Of a stretch of 64,000 nt of DNA, positions 52,149-61,358 are shown piece by piece (the first letter of the stretch is position 1; every line of letters starts with the position of its first letter). This DNA comes from Gemmatimonadales bacterium. GTDB taxonomy: Bacteria; Gemmatimonadota; Gemmatimonadetes; Gemmatimonadales; GWC2-71-9. The translations under genes and the position numbers were made by a program. The DNA is taken from contig JBKJMX010000028.1 of NCBI GenBank assembly GCA_046596135.1, positions 10,035-74,034 of the forward strand, given 5' to 3'. The notes beneath the pieces are model-generated. The model did not search any database. It was not told the origin of the DNA and saw only the letters and a list, made by a program, of their open reading frames with translations.

Positions 52149-53387
52149 TCACCCCCGCTGGATGGCGTCCTTGACGACCTCGATCTGCTTCGTCGCAGGC
52201 AGGCCGGCAGTCTGCTGCCGTAGGGCGTGGGCTCGAGCCAGCGTTTCAGGGTCGAGCAGCAGCTCCTCGCGACGGGTGCCACTCGCGGCGATGTCGATCG
52301 CGGGAAAAACCCGGCGGTCGGCGAGCTCGCGACTCAGCACGATCTCGGCGTTGCCGGTGCCCTTGAATTCCTCGAAGATCACTTCGTCGGCCTTCGACCC
52401 GGTGTCCTTGAGTGCCGTCGCAATGATCGTGAGTGATCCGGCGCCGTGGCGGGGGTCGATCGCGCGGGCGCTGCCGAAGAACCGCTTCGGCCGCTCCATT
52501 GCCTCTGCCCCGATGCCGCCCGACAGGGTGCGTCCAGAACCCTTGTCGATGTTGTTGTACGCGCGGGCCAGTCGGGTGAGGGAATCGAGAATGATGACCA
52601 CGTCCTCGCCCAGCTCTACCCGGCGACGGGCCCGCTCCAGTGTGGTTTCCGCGACGGCGACATGGCGAGCCGCGCCGTGGTCGAAACTCGAGGCGATCAC
52701 TTCACCCGTCACGGCCATCTCCATCTCGGTCACCTCTTCCGGGCGCTCGTCAGCCAGGAGGATGTAGAGGGTGGCATCGGGATGGTTGGCTGCCACGCCC
52801 TTGGCGAGTGTGGTGAGCAGCGTGGTCTTTCCGGCCTTTGCCGGGGCCACCACGAGCGCGCGTTGTCCCTTGCCGAGGGGAATCATGAGGTCGACTATGG
52901 CGGCGGTGAGGTCGGAGTTTCGCGTGAGCGGCGTCGGGAGCGTCAGCCGGAGCGGCGAAGTGGGGTGGGTCGCCGGGAGCCGTCCGAAATCGATCCGCTC
53001 GAGACAGTCGGCTGGGTCGCGACCGAAGATCGACGTAATCCGCTCCAGCGCCGGGCCCTTGCCGTTGCGCGAGGGGTTGGCCTCTCCCACGATCTCGTCA
53101 CCCGGCCGCAACTTGTTTCGCGCGATGATCGCCTGTGGCACGAACACGTCGCCGTTGCCGGGGAGGTAGCTGGCCGCACGGCGTCGAAGGAAACCACCAC
53201 CGCGCTCCACCAGTTCGAGCACCCCTTCGGCGGGGACGCGCTGTGCCGTGCCGGCCGCGCCGTCCGGGGTCTCGAGGGCAGTGCCACCCCCGCCATTTCC
53301 ACCCGTGACCGATCCCTCGCGCGATCCACCCGCACGACCCCGACCCCGTCCCCGACGCCTCGATGGGCGACCGCGCGGTTCACTCAT
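52149..53387 (-). CDS. rho: Transcription termination factor Rho (Arg/Gly-rich N-terminus)
   Basis: GVLELVERGGGFLR (RNA-binding domain), Walker A APAKAGKT, RPEEVTEM, DSLTRLARAYN and FPAIDIAASGTRREELL. The start is taken at ATG 53387. Confidence 0.95.
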   Translation of the reverse strand: MSEPRGRPSRRRGRGRGRAGGSREGSVTGGNGGGGTALETPDGAAGTAQRVPAEGVLELVERGGGFLRRRAASYLPGNGDVFVPQAIIARNKLRPGDEIVGEANPSRNGKGPALERITSIFGRDPADCLERIDFGRLPATHPTSPLRLTLPTPLTRNSDLTAAIVDLMIPLGKGQRALVVAPAKAGKTTLLTTLAKGVAANHPDATLYILLADERPEEVTEMEMAVTGEVIASSFDHGAARHVAVAETTLERARRRVELGEDVVIILDSLTRLARAYNNIDKGSGRTLSGGIGAEAMERPKRFFGSARAIDPRHGAGSLTIIATALKDTGSKADEVIFEEFKGTGNAEIVLSRELADRRVFPAIDIAASGTRREELLLDPETLARAHALRQQTAGLPATKQIEVVKDAIQRG

Positions 53388-53390
53388 GAC

Positions 53391-53453
53391 GACTCCGGCG
53401 CGATGGACGATGGAACGAAAACCTCCGCACGGAGGCTGCTGGGCGCCGGAGTC
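53391..53453 (-). promoter_or_regulatory. Structured rho 5' leader: a Shine-Dalgarno-sequestering helix enclosing a terminator-like hairpin
   Basis: The mRNA-sense sequence is GACUCCGGCGC ... CCUCCG-UG-CGGAGG-UUUUC ... GCGCCGGAGUC-GUC-AUG. The outer helix is a perfect 11 bp and includes the GGAG 7 nt before the AUG. Confidence 0.45.
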
Positions 53454-53712
53454 GGCATGGGGATGGACATCGCATTCCTGGAATGAGTGCAAGGGTTGTC
53501 GTCGCAGTCGCCCTGTTGGGGCCCGCAGCAACGGTGGTCGAACGTTCGGCATAATGTGGATGGGCGGCGACGGGCGTCATGCGCTCCGGGTCGTTCCGCT
53601 GTGCTGCATCAATCGGTTGCCGGCCATCGTGTCTGGTGGAGAGGGACGTCGCAGTGAGGCGTACGACACACGCTAATCAGGCGACCCGTACGCAAAAGCG
53701 CCAGTGGTGGAT

Positions 53713-56265
53713 TCAACCACGGTGGTTCTGGGGTGCCGTCAGGTCAAGCGCGTCCCGGACGCAAACGGCGAGCTCCCGGGGGGTGAAGGGCTTCTGGAGA
53801 AAGGGCACCTCGTCGGCGCGGATGCCGAGCTGGCGGAGCTCATCGCCCGGATAGCCGCTCACGAACAGCACCCGGACGTCGGGATGCTGCGCGGTGACGA
53901 TCGTCGCCAGCTCGGGGCCCGTCATTCCGGGCATCATGACGTCGGTGAGCAGCAAGGCCGGTGATTCATCGAGCTCGTTCAGCGACTCCAGCGCGGAGGA
54001 CGCGGAGTCGCATGCCACGATGGTGTAGCCCAGTCGGCTGAGGATGCGCCGAGTGACGTTGCGAACAGCTTCCTCATCCTCGACCAGTAGCACCACCTCG
54101 TTGCCGGTGGGGTGCGCATCCCTGAGAGCGGAGGGGGGCGCCACGACTTCGGCCGCAGTGCCCGGCTCGGCGGGTAGCGTGATGGTCACGGTAGTGCCCC
54201 GGCCCAGCTCGCTCTCGACGGCGATGGTGCCGCCATGCTGCTCGACGATCCGCGCGGTCGTCGCGAGCCCCAGGCCAGTTCCCTGACCCGCGGCCTTCGT
54301 GGTGAAGAACGGCTCGAAAATTTGGGCCTGCACGGTGCTGTCCATCCCGGCCCCGGAATCACGGATCGTGAGGGCGAGGCCGGTGGTGTTACCGGCCGGT
54401 GATATAACCGGCGCGACGCCGATCGACACGACGCCGCCGCGCGGCATCGCATCTCGGGCATTCAGCGCCAGGTTGATGATCACCTGTGCCAGAAGGTTCG
54501 CGTCACCCTCGACGCAGGGAATTCCGGGTGCTGCAATGACGTTCACCGTGACGTCCTGACCCAGCAGCCGGCGCAGGAGGTTCACCGTGTCTCCGACCAG
54601 CACGGTCATGTCGACGGGCCGGCGCTGTCGGACATCCTGGCGCGAGAAGGCCAGTAGCTGGCCGGTCAGTCCTGCGGCGCGTTCGGTGGCCTGCCGCACC
54701 ACCTCGAGGTCGTCGCGCACCGATGCGGCGAGGTCGCGCTCCAGGACGAGGTCAGTTGAAACAAGAATCGTCGTCAACAAATTATTGAAGTCGTGCGCAA
54801 CACCGCCGGCAAGCCGACCCACAGCCTCCATCTTCTGCGATTGCCGGAGCCGCGTCTCGAGTGCGTTGCGCTCCGTCACGTCGCGGGCGACCAGCACGAT
54901 GCCCTCGACCGCCGCCTCGTCGGTGAGGTCGGTCGCGATGACCTCGAATTCGCGCCACTCACCTTCGGACGCCGCAAGACGCAGCTCGACGGTGGTGGGT
55001 CCGGTATCATCGGCGGCCAGCGCGGCCAGCGCGTTGGCGTCGTCGGGATGCACCAGCGATGCGAGGGTGCGTCCGGTGAGCGCCTGCGGCGTCGCGCCGA
55101 GGATCCGTTCGGCGCTCGGACTCACGAACCGCAGGGCGCCACCGGCGCTCGCCACCATGATCAAATCCGATGCATGGCGCACCAGCGCGGCGACGCGCGC
55201 GTCGCCCTCACGCTGCGACTTGATGCGGAGGAGCGAAGCGTTCTGTGCCACGGTGAGCCACTGCCGCAGCAGCACAAGCGTCATGAGTCCGACACTCCCC
55301 AGGATCAGCGGGGAGAGCGGAATGCTCCAGGTTTGCAGTGCCACGATGCTGAGCACGATGGCGAGCGCGCCAGTGGCGATGAGCGACAGTGGCGACATCG
55401 GCAGAGCCCGCGGGATGGTGCGACGCGCACTGCCGCCAATCGCGTAGCGCACCCCGGCACCGGCAAACAGCAGGTACGACAGCCCGAAGAATACCTCACT
55501 GGCGAGGTCCAGTATGGCGTCCGGGGTGCCCGTCCCATAGTACAGGACCTGGTACAGCGACTCCGCGAGGACATACGCGATGACCGCGCCGACCAGCCAC
55601 CGGAAGCCGCGTATTCCATCCGCTGGTCCGCCGGCGATGAGGACGCGGTTCACCGCGAACAGGAAGGCGATGTCGAGCGCAGGGTAGGCGATCCGGACGA
55701 ACAGGTCGACGGGTCCGGTAAGCGCAACGGTGGTCGGTCGCAGGATGAAGTACCAACCCAGGAGCGCGACCGCGACCAGCAACACCGACGCATCGAGCAC
55801 GACCTTCCACCCCTCATACGCGGTCGGTGTACGTCGCGGGAGCTTCAGCAGCCCCGCCAGCAGCGCCGTATACGACAGGAGGTAGGCCGCGTCGCCGAGC
55901 AGGGGGCTGCCATAGGCCGCACCGGCGAAGTGATGCGCCCAGATGTACAGTGCCATCCCGACCAGCATGCCAAGCAGGCCACCACCGATCCATCGGAGCG
56001 CGAGCCGGGTACCGGGAAGGAGTGCACCCGCGGCAGCAGCGTGCAGCATTCCCAAGCCGGCGAGCGCCGTGATCGGTGTGTACTGCACATAGGTGCCGAT
56101 GACCGGGGACAGGGGGCCATCGGAGCCGTCGATGTACGTAACCAGCAGCACCAGGGAGTACGCGAGCGTTCCCCACCAGACGGCGGCGAGCCCGGAAGGG
56201 GTAATGCGCACTGCGGGGAGGCTGGGGTGGGCCGACAGCTCGGCCCCAGTGGCGGTGGCGGTCAC
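53713..56265 (-). CDS. Membrane-bound hybrid sensor histidine kinase (multi-TM N-domain, PAS, HisKA, HATPase, REC)
   Basis: About 10 TM helices, a PAS-like region, the H-box GGVAHDFNNLL, the ATPase boxes and a C-terminal REC domain (VLLVEDEE...LLLTDVMMPGMTG). GTG start at 56265. Confidence 0.9.
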   Translation of the reverse strand: MTATATGAELSAHPSLPAVRITPSGLAAVWWGTLAYSLVLLVTYIDGSDGPLSPVIGTYVQYTPITALAGLGMLHAAAAGALLPGTRLALRWIGGGLLGMLVGMALYIWAHHFAGAAYGSPLLGDAAYLLSYTALLAGLLKLPRRTPTAYEGWKVVLDASVLLVAVALLGWYFILRPTTVALTGPVDLFVRIAYPALDIAFLFAVNRVLIAGGPADGIRGFRWLVGAVIAYVLAESLYQVLYYGTGTPDAILDLASEVFFGLSYLLFAGAGVRYAIGGSARRTIPRALPMSPLSLIATGALAIVLSIVALQTWSIPLSPLILGSVGLMTLVLLRQWLTVAQNASLLRIKSQREGDARVAALVRHASDLIMVASAGGALRFVSPSAERILGATPQALTGRTLASLVHPDDANALAALAADDTGPTTVELRLAASEGEWREFEVIATDLTDEAAVEGIVLVARDVTERNALETRLRQSQKMEAVGRLAGGVAHDFNNLLTTILVSTDLVLERDLAASVRDDLEVVRQATERAAGLTGQLLAFSRQDVRQRRPVDMTVLVGDTVNLLRRLLGQDVTVNVIAAPGIPCVEGDANLLAQVIINLALNARDAMPRGGVVSIGVAPVISPAGNTTGLALTIRDSGAGMDSTVQAQIFEPFFTTKAAGQGTGLGLATTARIVEQHGGTIAVESELGRGTTVTITLPAEPGTAAEVVAPPSALRDAHPTGNEVVLLVEDEEAVRNVTRRILSRLGYTIVACDSASSALESLNELDESPALLLTDVMMPGMTGPELATIVTAQHPDVRVLFVSGYPGDELRQLGIRADEVPFLQKPFTPRELAVCVRDALDLTAPQNHRG

Positions 56266-56343
56266 GAGGAGGCAGAGTGCCAGAATCGTGCCGCCTGTGC
56301 CCTGTGCTTTGCTGGATCCGTGCCGGCTGCCGTGTCGCGGACT

Positions 56344-57726
56344 TCAACTGCCGGCGATGGGCTCCAGCTCGGCGCTGAAATGGCGTAGCGCAGGGGGCTG
56401 GCTGACGATGCGGTACCCCCCGATCCGGTCCTTCCGCTCGTTGACGTACAGCAGGACCTCGGCCAGATAGTCGACATGGCTCTGGGTGTAGACCCGCCGG
56501 GGGAAAGCGAGGCGCACGAGTTCCATGGCGGCCGGCTTTTCGGTCCCATCCGGCTGCTGACCGAACATCACCGTCCCGATCTCGACCGACCGGATGCCAC
56601 CCTCGAGGTAGAGCGCACACGAGAGGGCCCAGGCCGGATAGGCAGTGGGAGCGATATGGGGGAGCATCGCCGCGGCGTCGATGTAGAGCGCGTGCCCGCC
56701 CGGGGGGGTCACCATCGGAATCCCGGCGGCCGCGAGTCGATCGGCCAGGTACGCGACCGACCGCACCCGGTATCGGAGGTAGTCCTCGTCGAGCGCCTCC
56801 TCGAGTCCGACGGCGATCGCCTCCAGATCGTACCCGGCGAGGCCCCCGTAGGTCGGGAATCCTTCCGTCAGGATGAGGTTGTCGCGGCACCGGCGCGCGA
56901 GATCGCCGTCATTGAGCGCGAGGAACCCGCCGATGTTGGCCATCCCGTCCTTTTTGGCGCTCATCGTCGCGCCATCAACCTCGGCGAACAACGCGCGTGC
57001 GATTTCCCGCGGCGTCTCGGCTCCATGTCCGGCCTCCCGCTCGCGGATAAACCATGAGTTCTCCGCGAACCGGCACGCATCGAGGAACAACGGCACGCCG
57101 TGCTTTCGACAGATCGCGCTTGCACCTCGGAGGTTCTCCAGTGATACCGGTTGGCCGCCGCCGGAATTGTTGGTCACCGTCATCATCACCACGGGAACGC
57201 GTCCCGGGTTGTCGGTGAGCACGCGTTCCAGTGCATCGAGATCCATGTTCCCCTTGAACGGATGGTGCGTTGCCGGCTCGCGTCCCTCCGCAATCGGGAT
57301 GTCGAGTGCGGTGGCACCCCGTGCCTCGACATTCGCGCGGGTGGTGTCGAAGTGCGTGTTGTTGGGAACAATGTCGCCGGGATTGCACAGCGCGCCGAAG
57401 AGGATCCGCTCAGCGGCGCGACCCTGGTGGGTCGGGATCACGTGCTCGAGACCAGTGATGCCGTGCACGGCGTCGCGAAACCGGAACCACGAGTCGGACC
57501 CGGCATAGGACTCATCGCCCATCATCATCCCGGCCCACTGGCGCGACGACATCGCGCCGGTGCCCGAATCGGTGAGCAGGTCGATCAACACGTCGCTCGC
57601 GCGGAGCTGGAAGAGATTGTAGTGCGCGCTCCGGAGGGCGTCGACGCGTTCCGCTCGCGTTGTCTGCCGAATCGGCTCGACGCTCTTGATGCGAAATGGC
57701 TCGATGATGGTGCGGGGCTGGAACAT
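56344..57726 (-). CDS. PLP-dependent beta-eliminating lyase (tryptophanase / tyrosine phenol-lyase family)
   Basis: EPFRIKSVEP, DLLTDSGTGAMS, QWAGMMMGDESYAGS, the PLP-Lys region ATMSAKKDGMANIGG, EGFPTYGGLAG and RHFSAELE. This is only the last 460 codons of track ORF 56344..59163. Tryptophanase versus tyrosine phenol-lyase specificity cannot be resolved by eye. Confidence 0.9.
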   Translation of the reverse strand: MFQPRTIIEPFRIKSVEPIRQTTRAERVDALRSAHYNLFQLRASDVLIDLLTDSGTGAMSSRQWAGMMMGDESYAGSDSWFRFRDAVHGITGLEHVIPTHQGRAAERILFGALCNPGDIVPNNTHFDTTRANVEARGATALDIPIAEGREPATHHPFKGNMDLDALERVLTDNPGRVPVVMMTVTNNSGGGQPVSLENLRGASAICRKHGVPLFLDACRFAENSWFIREREAGHGAETPREIARALFAEVDGATMSAKKDGMANIGGFLALNDGDLARRCRDNLILTEGFPTYGGLAGYDLEAIAVGLEEALDEDYLRYRVRSVAYLADRLAAAGIPMVTPPGGHALYIDAAAMLPHIAPTAYPAWALSCALYLEGGIRSVEIGTVMFGQQPDGTEKPAAMELVRLAFPRRVYTQSHVDYLAEVLLYVNERKDRIGGYRIVSQPPALRHFSAELEPIAGS

Positions 57727-59057
57727 CAGGTTCCCGGGGCGCGTCGGCGCCAGTAAAGGAAGACCGGAATGCCGAGCGCCAGCAGCGCCGATCCGCGCAG
57801 GGCATTGTACGGATTGGAAAGCACCGATCCCGTGACGACATATGCCGAAGCGGCGATGAACGCGATGGTCGTCCAGGGATGAAGCGGGACGCGGAACCCC
57901 TTGCCGGTCGCGCCGTCGCGGCGCCGCAGCACGAAGAGCGTCGCGGCGGTAAGACCGAAGAAAATCCAGTCGGCGAACACCACGTAGTCGAGCAGGTCGC
58001 CGTAGCTGCCAGAGAGCAACAACACGACGGCCCACGCACCCTGCATCAGCAGCGCTGCCACCGGGGTGCGCCACTTGGGATGCAGCTCGGCGAACCGACT
58101 GAAGAAGAGCCCGTCGCGCGCCATCGCCTGATAGACCCGAGGCGAAACAAGGATGACGAGATTCAGGAAGCCGAAGGTCGAGGCGATGATGCCGGCTGCG
58201 ATCAGTCGCCGGCCCGCGTCGCCGGTCACGGCGGCCATCGTTTCGGATGCAGGGGCGCTGCTCGCAGCGAGTCCGTCGACACCGAGCGCGCGCAGGTAGG
58301 CGAGGTTGACCAGCAGGTAGGCCGCAACCACCACCAGTACGCCGAGTACCAGCGCGCGGGGGAGATTGCGCTCGGCGTCGATCATCTCTTCGGCAACAAA
58401 GTTGGTCTGCTGCCAGCCGCCGAACGCGAACAGTACCGGCACGAGCGCTGCCCCGAACACCACCAGCGGGTTGCCGGCATTCGGGAGAGGAACCACGGAT
58501 GCAACCGGCAGCGCGGTATCGCCGATGAACGCCGCCACCACCAGCGCCGCGATCGCTGCCAACTTCAGGATGGTGAAGATGTTCTGGGTCCAGGCGCCGG
58601 GCCGCACGCCAACGATGTTCACCAGCGTGAGCAGGGCGATGGCGGCGCCGGCCAGCGGCTGCCGGGCCGAATCTGTCCAGCCGAACAGCGGGACTGCATA
58701 CGACGCGAATGTCATCGCCACTGCTGCGATGGCACCGGTCGCAATGATCAGCAGCAGCCCCCACGCGTACAGGAACCCGGCCATCGGACCGAACGCCTCT
58801 CGCAGGTAGGCATAGCCCCCACCGGCCCTCGGTCGCCGCTGTCCGAGCTCGGCAAACACGAACGCGCCCATCAGCGCGATCACCGCGCCGCCCACCCACA
58901 CCGCCATCGTTCCGCCGGCCGTGCCCACGCGTTCGGCGACGACTGACGGGTTCAGGAATATTCCCGAGCCGATGATTCCGCCCACCACCATCATGGTTGC
59001 AGAGAAGAGGCCGAGTTGGCGCTGGTAGGTGACCGATGCGCGGTGGGTGTCTGGCAG
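57726..59057 (-). CDS. APC-superfamily (LAT-like) amino acid permease; the start codon is problematic
   Basis: GLFSATMMVVGGIIGSGIFLNP (TM1 signature) with 12 TM-like helices. The first canonical start (ATG 58994) lies inside TM1. The 5' end is provisionally set at an in-frame CTG at 59057, preceded by GGAGG. The stop overlaps the lyase ATG. Confidence 0.8.
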   Translation of the reverse strand: MPDTHRASVTYQRQLGLFSATMMVVGGIIGSGIFLNPSVVAERVGTAGGTMAVWVGGAVIALMGAFVFAELGQRRPRAGGGYAYLREAFGPMAGFLYAWGLLLIIATGAIAAVAMTFASYAVPLFGWTDSARQPLAGAAIALLTLVNIVGVRPGAWTQNIFTILKLAAIAALVVAAFIGDTALPVASVVPLPNAGNPLVVFGAALVPVLFAFGGWQQTNFVAEEMIDAERNLPRALVLGVLVVVAAYLLVNLAYLRALGVDGLAASSAPASETMAAVTGDAGRRLIAAGIIASTFGFLNLVILVSPRVYQAMARDGLFFSRFAELHPKWRTPVAALLMQGAWAVVLLLSGSYGDLLDYVVFADWIFFGLTAATLFVLRRRDGATGKGFRVPLHPWTTIAFIAASAYVVTGSVLSNPYNALRGSALLALGIPVFLYWRRRAPGT

Positions 59058-59199
59058 GGTGCCTCCAGGGTGCGGACGGACGGGGCCCGCGGGCGGGGCA
59101 TGCAGAGTGTCGCGAGTCCCGCCGGTGAGCGCAAGCGTCTACCTTTCCCGCCGGAAACGGCAATCGATCCGCTCACCCCATCGAGGGCGCCACGACGAG

Positions 59200-60129
59200 A
59201 TGATGCGCACCACCCTGCTGTGGCTCTCCCGCCAGCAATCGATCTTCAACTTTGTCCGCCGTAACCGGCTTGCCCGGGGCTTTGCGTCGCGGTTCGTGCC
59301 TGGCGAGACGCTCGACGAGGCACTCGCCGTGACCCGGGAACTCCAGTCGCGCGGAATCGCCGTCACGCTCGACCTGCTCGGCGAAAGCGTCGAGAGCCCG
59401 GCCGAGGCCGAAGCGGCACGCGACACCTATATCGACATCCTGCGCGCGATGAAGCGGGAGGGCTTCGAGGTCAATGCCTCGCTGAAGCCCACCCAGATGG
59501 GCCTCGACATCGATCCATTGCTCTACCAAGCGAGCATTCGCGCGATTCTCGACGTCGCTCGCGAGACGGATGGATTCGTCCGCATCGACATGGAGAGCAG
59601 TGACTACACACAGCGTACCCTCGATTTCTTCGAGGAGTTGGCGCCCACGTTCATCGGTCAGACAGGCGTGGTGATCCAGGCCGCATTGCGGCGCTCCACC
59701 GCCGATATCGAGCGCCTGATCGCGCTCGGCGCGCGGGTACGACTTTGCAAGGGTGCCTACCTCGAGCCGCCCTCGGTGGCGTATCCGGACAAGAAGGACG
59801 TCGACGCCCATTACATCCGGCTGATGGAACGCCTCCTCACCGACGGCAACTATCCTGGCATCGCGACCCACGACGAGGCCATGATCGGGCACGCCCGTCG
59901 CTTTGTCGCCGAGCACAGCATCGCGCCTGATCGCTTCGAGTTCCAGATGCTCTACGGCGTGCGCCGCGACCTGCAGGACGCGCTGGTGCGCGAGGGATTC
60001 CGGATGCGGATCTATCTCCCGTTCGGCTCGCAGTGGTACCCGTACCTCATGCGCCGGCTGGCGGAACGGCCGGCCAACATCACGTTCATCCTGGGCAACG
60101 TGATCAAGGAAGGCATGAGCCGTTCGTGA
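59200..60129 (+). CDS. Proline dehydrogenase (monofunctional)
   Basis: FVPGETLDEAL, VTLDLLGE, LKPTQMG, the RVRLCKGAY(L)EP region and ATHDE. Confidence 0.9.
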   Translation: MMRTTLLWLSRQQSIFNFVRRNRLARGFASRFVPGETLDEALAVTRELQSRGIAVTLDLLGESVESPAEAEAARDTYIDILRAMKREGFEVNASLKPTQMGLDIDPLLYQASIRAILDVARETDGFVRIDMESSDYTQRTLDFFEELAPTFIGQTGVVIQAALRRSTADIERLIALGARVRLCKGAYLEPPSVAYPDKKDVDAHYIRLMERLLTDGNYPGIATHDEAMIGHARRFVAEHSIAPDRFEFQMLYGVRRDLQDALVREGFRMRIYLPFGSQWYPYLMRRLAERPANITFILGNVIKEGMSRS

Positions 60130-60443
60130 GCGAGGTCACCCTCGGTGGCTACATGGCGCTGCACGATCGCGCCGCGGCGTTCACCGGTAGTGACGGTGCC
60201 GCCTACTCCGTGGCGCTCTGGGTCGATGAGGAACCCGACTCGCAGGGCCGCTACGGTGGCGCGCTGCTGTTCGTCCGGTGGAATGCGTCGGGCGACAACC
60301 CGGAGGGTCATCACGAGAGTGATTACATCGTGTGGGGACGCACGCCGGGTGAGGCCGAACAGCGCCTCGGCGCACTCTCGCTTTATGACGTCAAGGCGAC
60401 GCTCGATGAATTGATCGCCGCCGGCCGGCCGGGGGACTTCTGA
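60126..60443 (+). CDS. Hypothetical protein
   Basis: GTG 60126 overlaps the proline dehydrogenase stop (GTGA). GC3-rich frame. No recognisable motif. Confidence 0.5.
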   Translation: MSEVTLGGYMALHDRAAAFTGSDGAAYSVALWVDEEPDSQGRYGGALLFVRWNASGDNPEGHHESDYIVWGRTPGEAEQRLGALSLYDVKATLDELIAAGRPGDF

Positions 60444-60460
60444 CCGAACCAATAGGCATC

Positions 60461-61348
60461 GTGCTGGCCCGCGACGGCGGCAGCTATCGCGTCCTCATCG
60501 ACGGACGCGAGCGCGCCGCCGTGCTGCGCGGCAAGGCGAAGCGTCAGGTCGAGCGGGCGGTGGCAGGCGACAGGGTACGCATCGATCCGACCACACTCGA
60601 CGCCGAGGTCCTCGGCATCGACGCGGTCGAGGAGCGTACCACGCTGCTGGCACGGCGAGTTCCCGATGGCCGCGGGACGAGGCCGGTTGCTGCCAATGTC
60701 GAGCAAGTCGTCGTGGTGACAGCGGCTGCTACACCAGAGCCGATTCCGCAGCTCATCGACCGACTGCTGGTCGTGGCTGAGGCGAATGGCATCGCCGCGT
60801 CGGTGGTGGTCAACAAGGTCGACATGGCGTCGTCGGAGCCGGTGCGGCTGCACCTGGCCGGCACCGGGTATCCCATTTTCGACACCGCCGCCAAGGCGGG
60901 CACCGGGATCGATGCGCTGCGCACCCTGCTCGCCGATCATGTGTCGGTGTTCACCGGGCCGAGCGGCGCGGGGAAGTCCTCCCTCCTCAACGCGCTGGAG
61001 CCCGGACTCGGTCTGCGTGTGGGTGAGGTCTCCCGGAAAGTTGGCCGTGGGACCCATACCACTGTCACGGCCGAGATGGTGCCCCTGGCCGTCGGCGGCT
61101 TCGTCGTCGACACGCCGGGTTTCAGCGACGTCGGTGTGTGGGATGTCGAGCTGTCGGGGCTTGCTGATTGCTTCCCCGAGTTCCGGCCAGTGCACGGGGA
61201 TTGCCGCTTTGGCGACTGCCTGCACCGCACCGAACCCGGCTGTGCGGTGCGGGAACTGGTTCGCGCGGGTACGGTGGGGGAGGTGCGCTATGCCAGCTAC
61301 CTCGCGATCCTCGAGGAACTCCAGGCGATGCCGCGCGACTGGGAGTGA
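60461..61348 (+). CDS. rsgA: Ribosome small-subunit-dependent GTPase A
   Basis: Circularly permuted GTPase motifs NKVD, then GPSGAGKSSLLNAL, then DTPGF. The C-terminal zinc knuckle is CRFGDCLHRTEPGCAV. Confidence 0.9.
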   Translation: MLARDGGSYRVLIDGRERAAVLRGKAKRQVERAVAGDRVRIDPTTLDAEVLGIDAVEERTTLLARRVPDGRGTRPVAANVEQVVVVTAAATPEPIPQLIDRLLVVAEANGIAASVVVNKVDMASSEPVRLHLAGTGYPIFDTAAKAGTGIDALRTLLADHVSVFTGPSGAGKSSLLNALEPGLGLRVGEVSRKVGRGTHTTVTAEMVPLAVGGFVVDTPGFSDVGVWDVELSGLADCFPEFRPVHGDCRFGDCLHRTEPGCAVRELVRAGTVGEVRYASYLAILEELQAMPRDWE

Positions 61349-61358
61349 CGGCGCGTGG

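Noticed and set aside
55814-56890. A 358-aa minus-strand ORF spanning the junction between the histidine kinase gene and the lyase gene.
   Set aside because: It is out of frame with both real genes and has shadow composition.
57727-59163. The upstream 479 codons of the 939-aa ORF 56344..59163, which would give an apparent giant lyase.
   Set aside because: This part overlaps the APC permease in another frame and is Arg/Gly-rich. Lyase homology starts at MFQPRTIIEPFRIKSVEP (ATG 57726).
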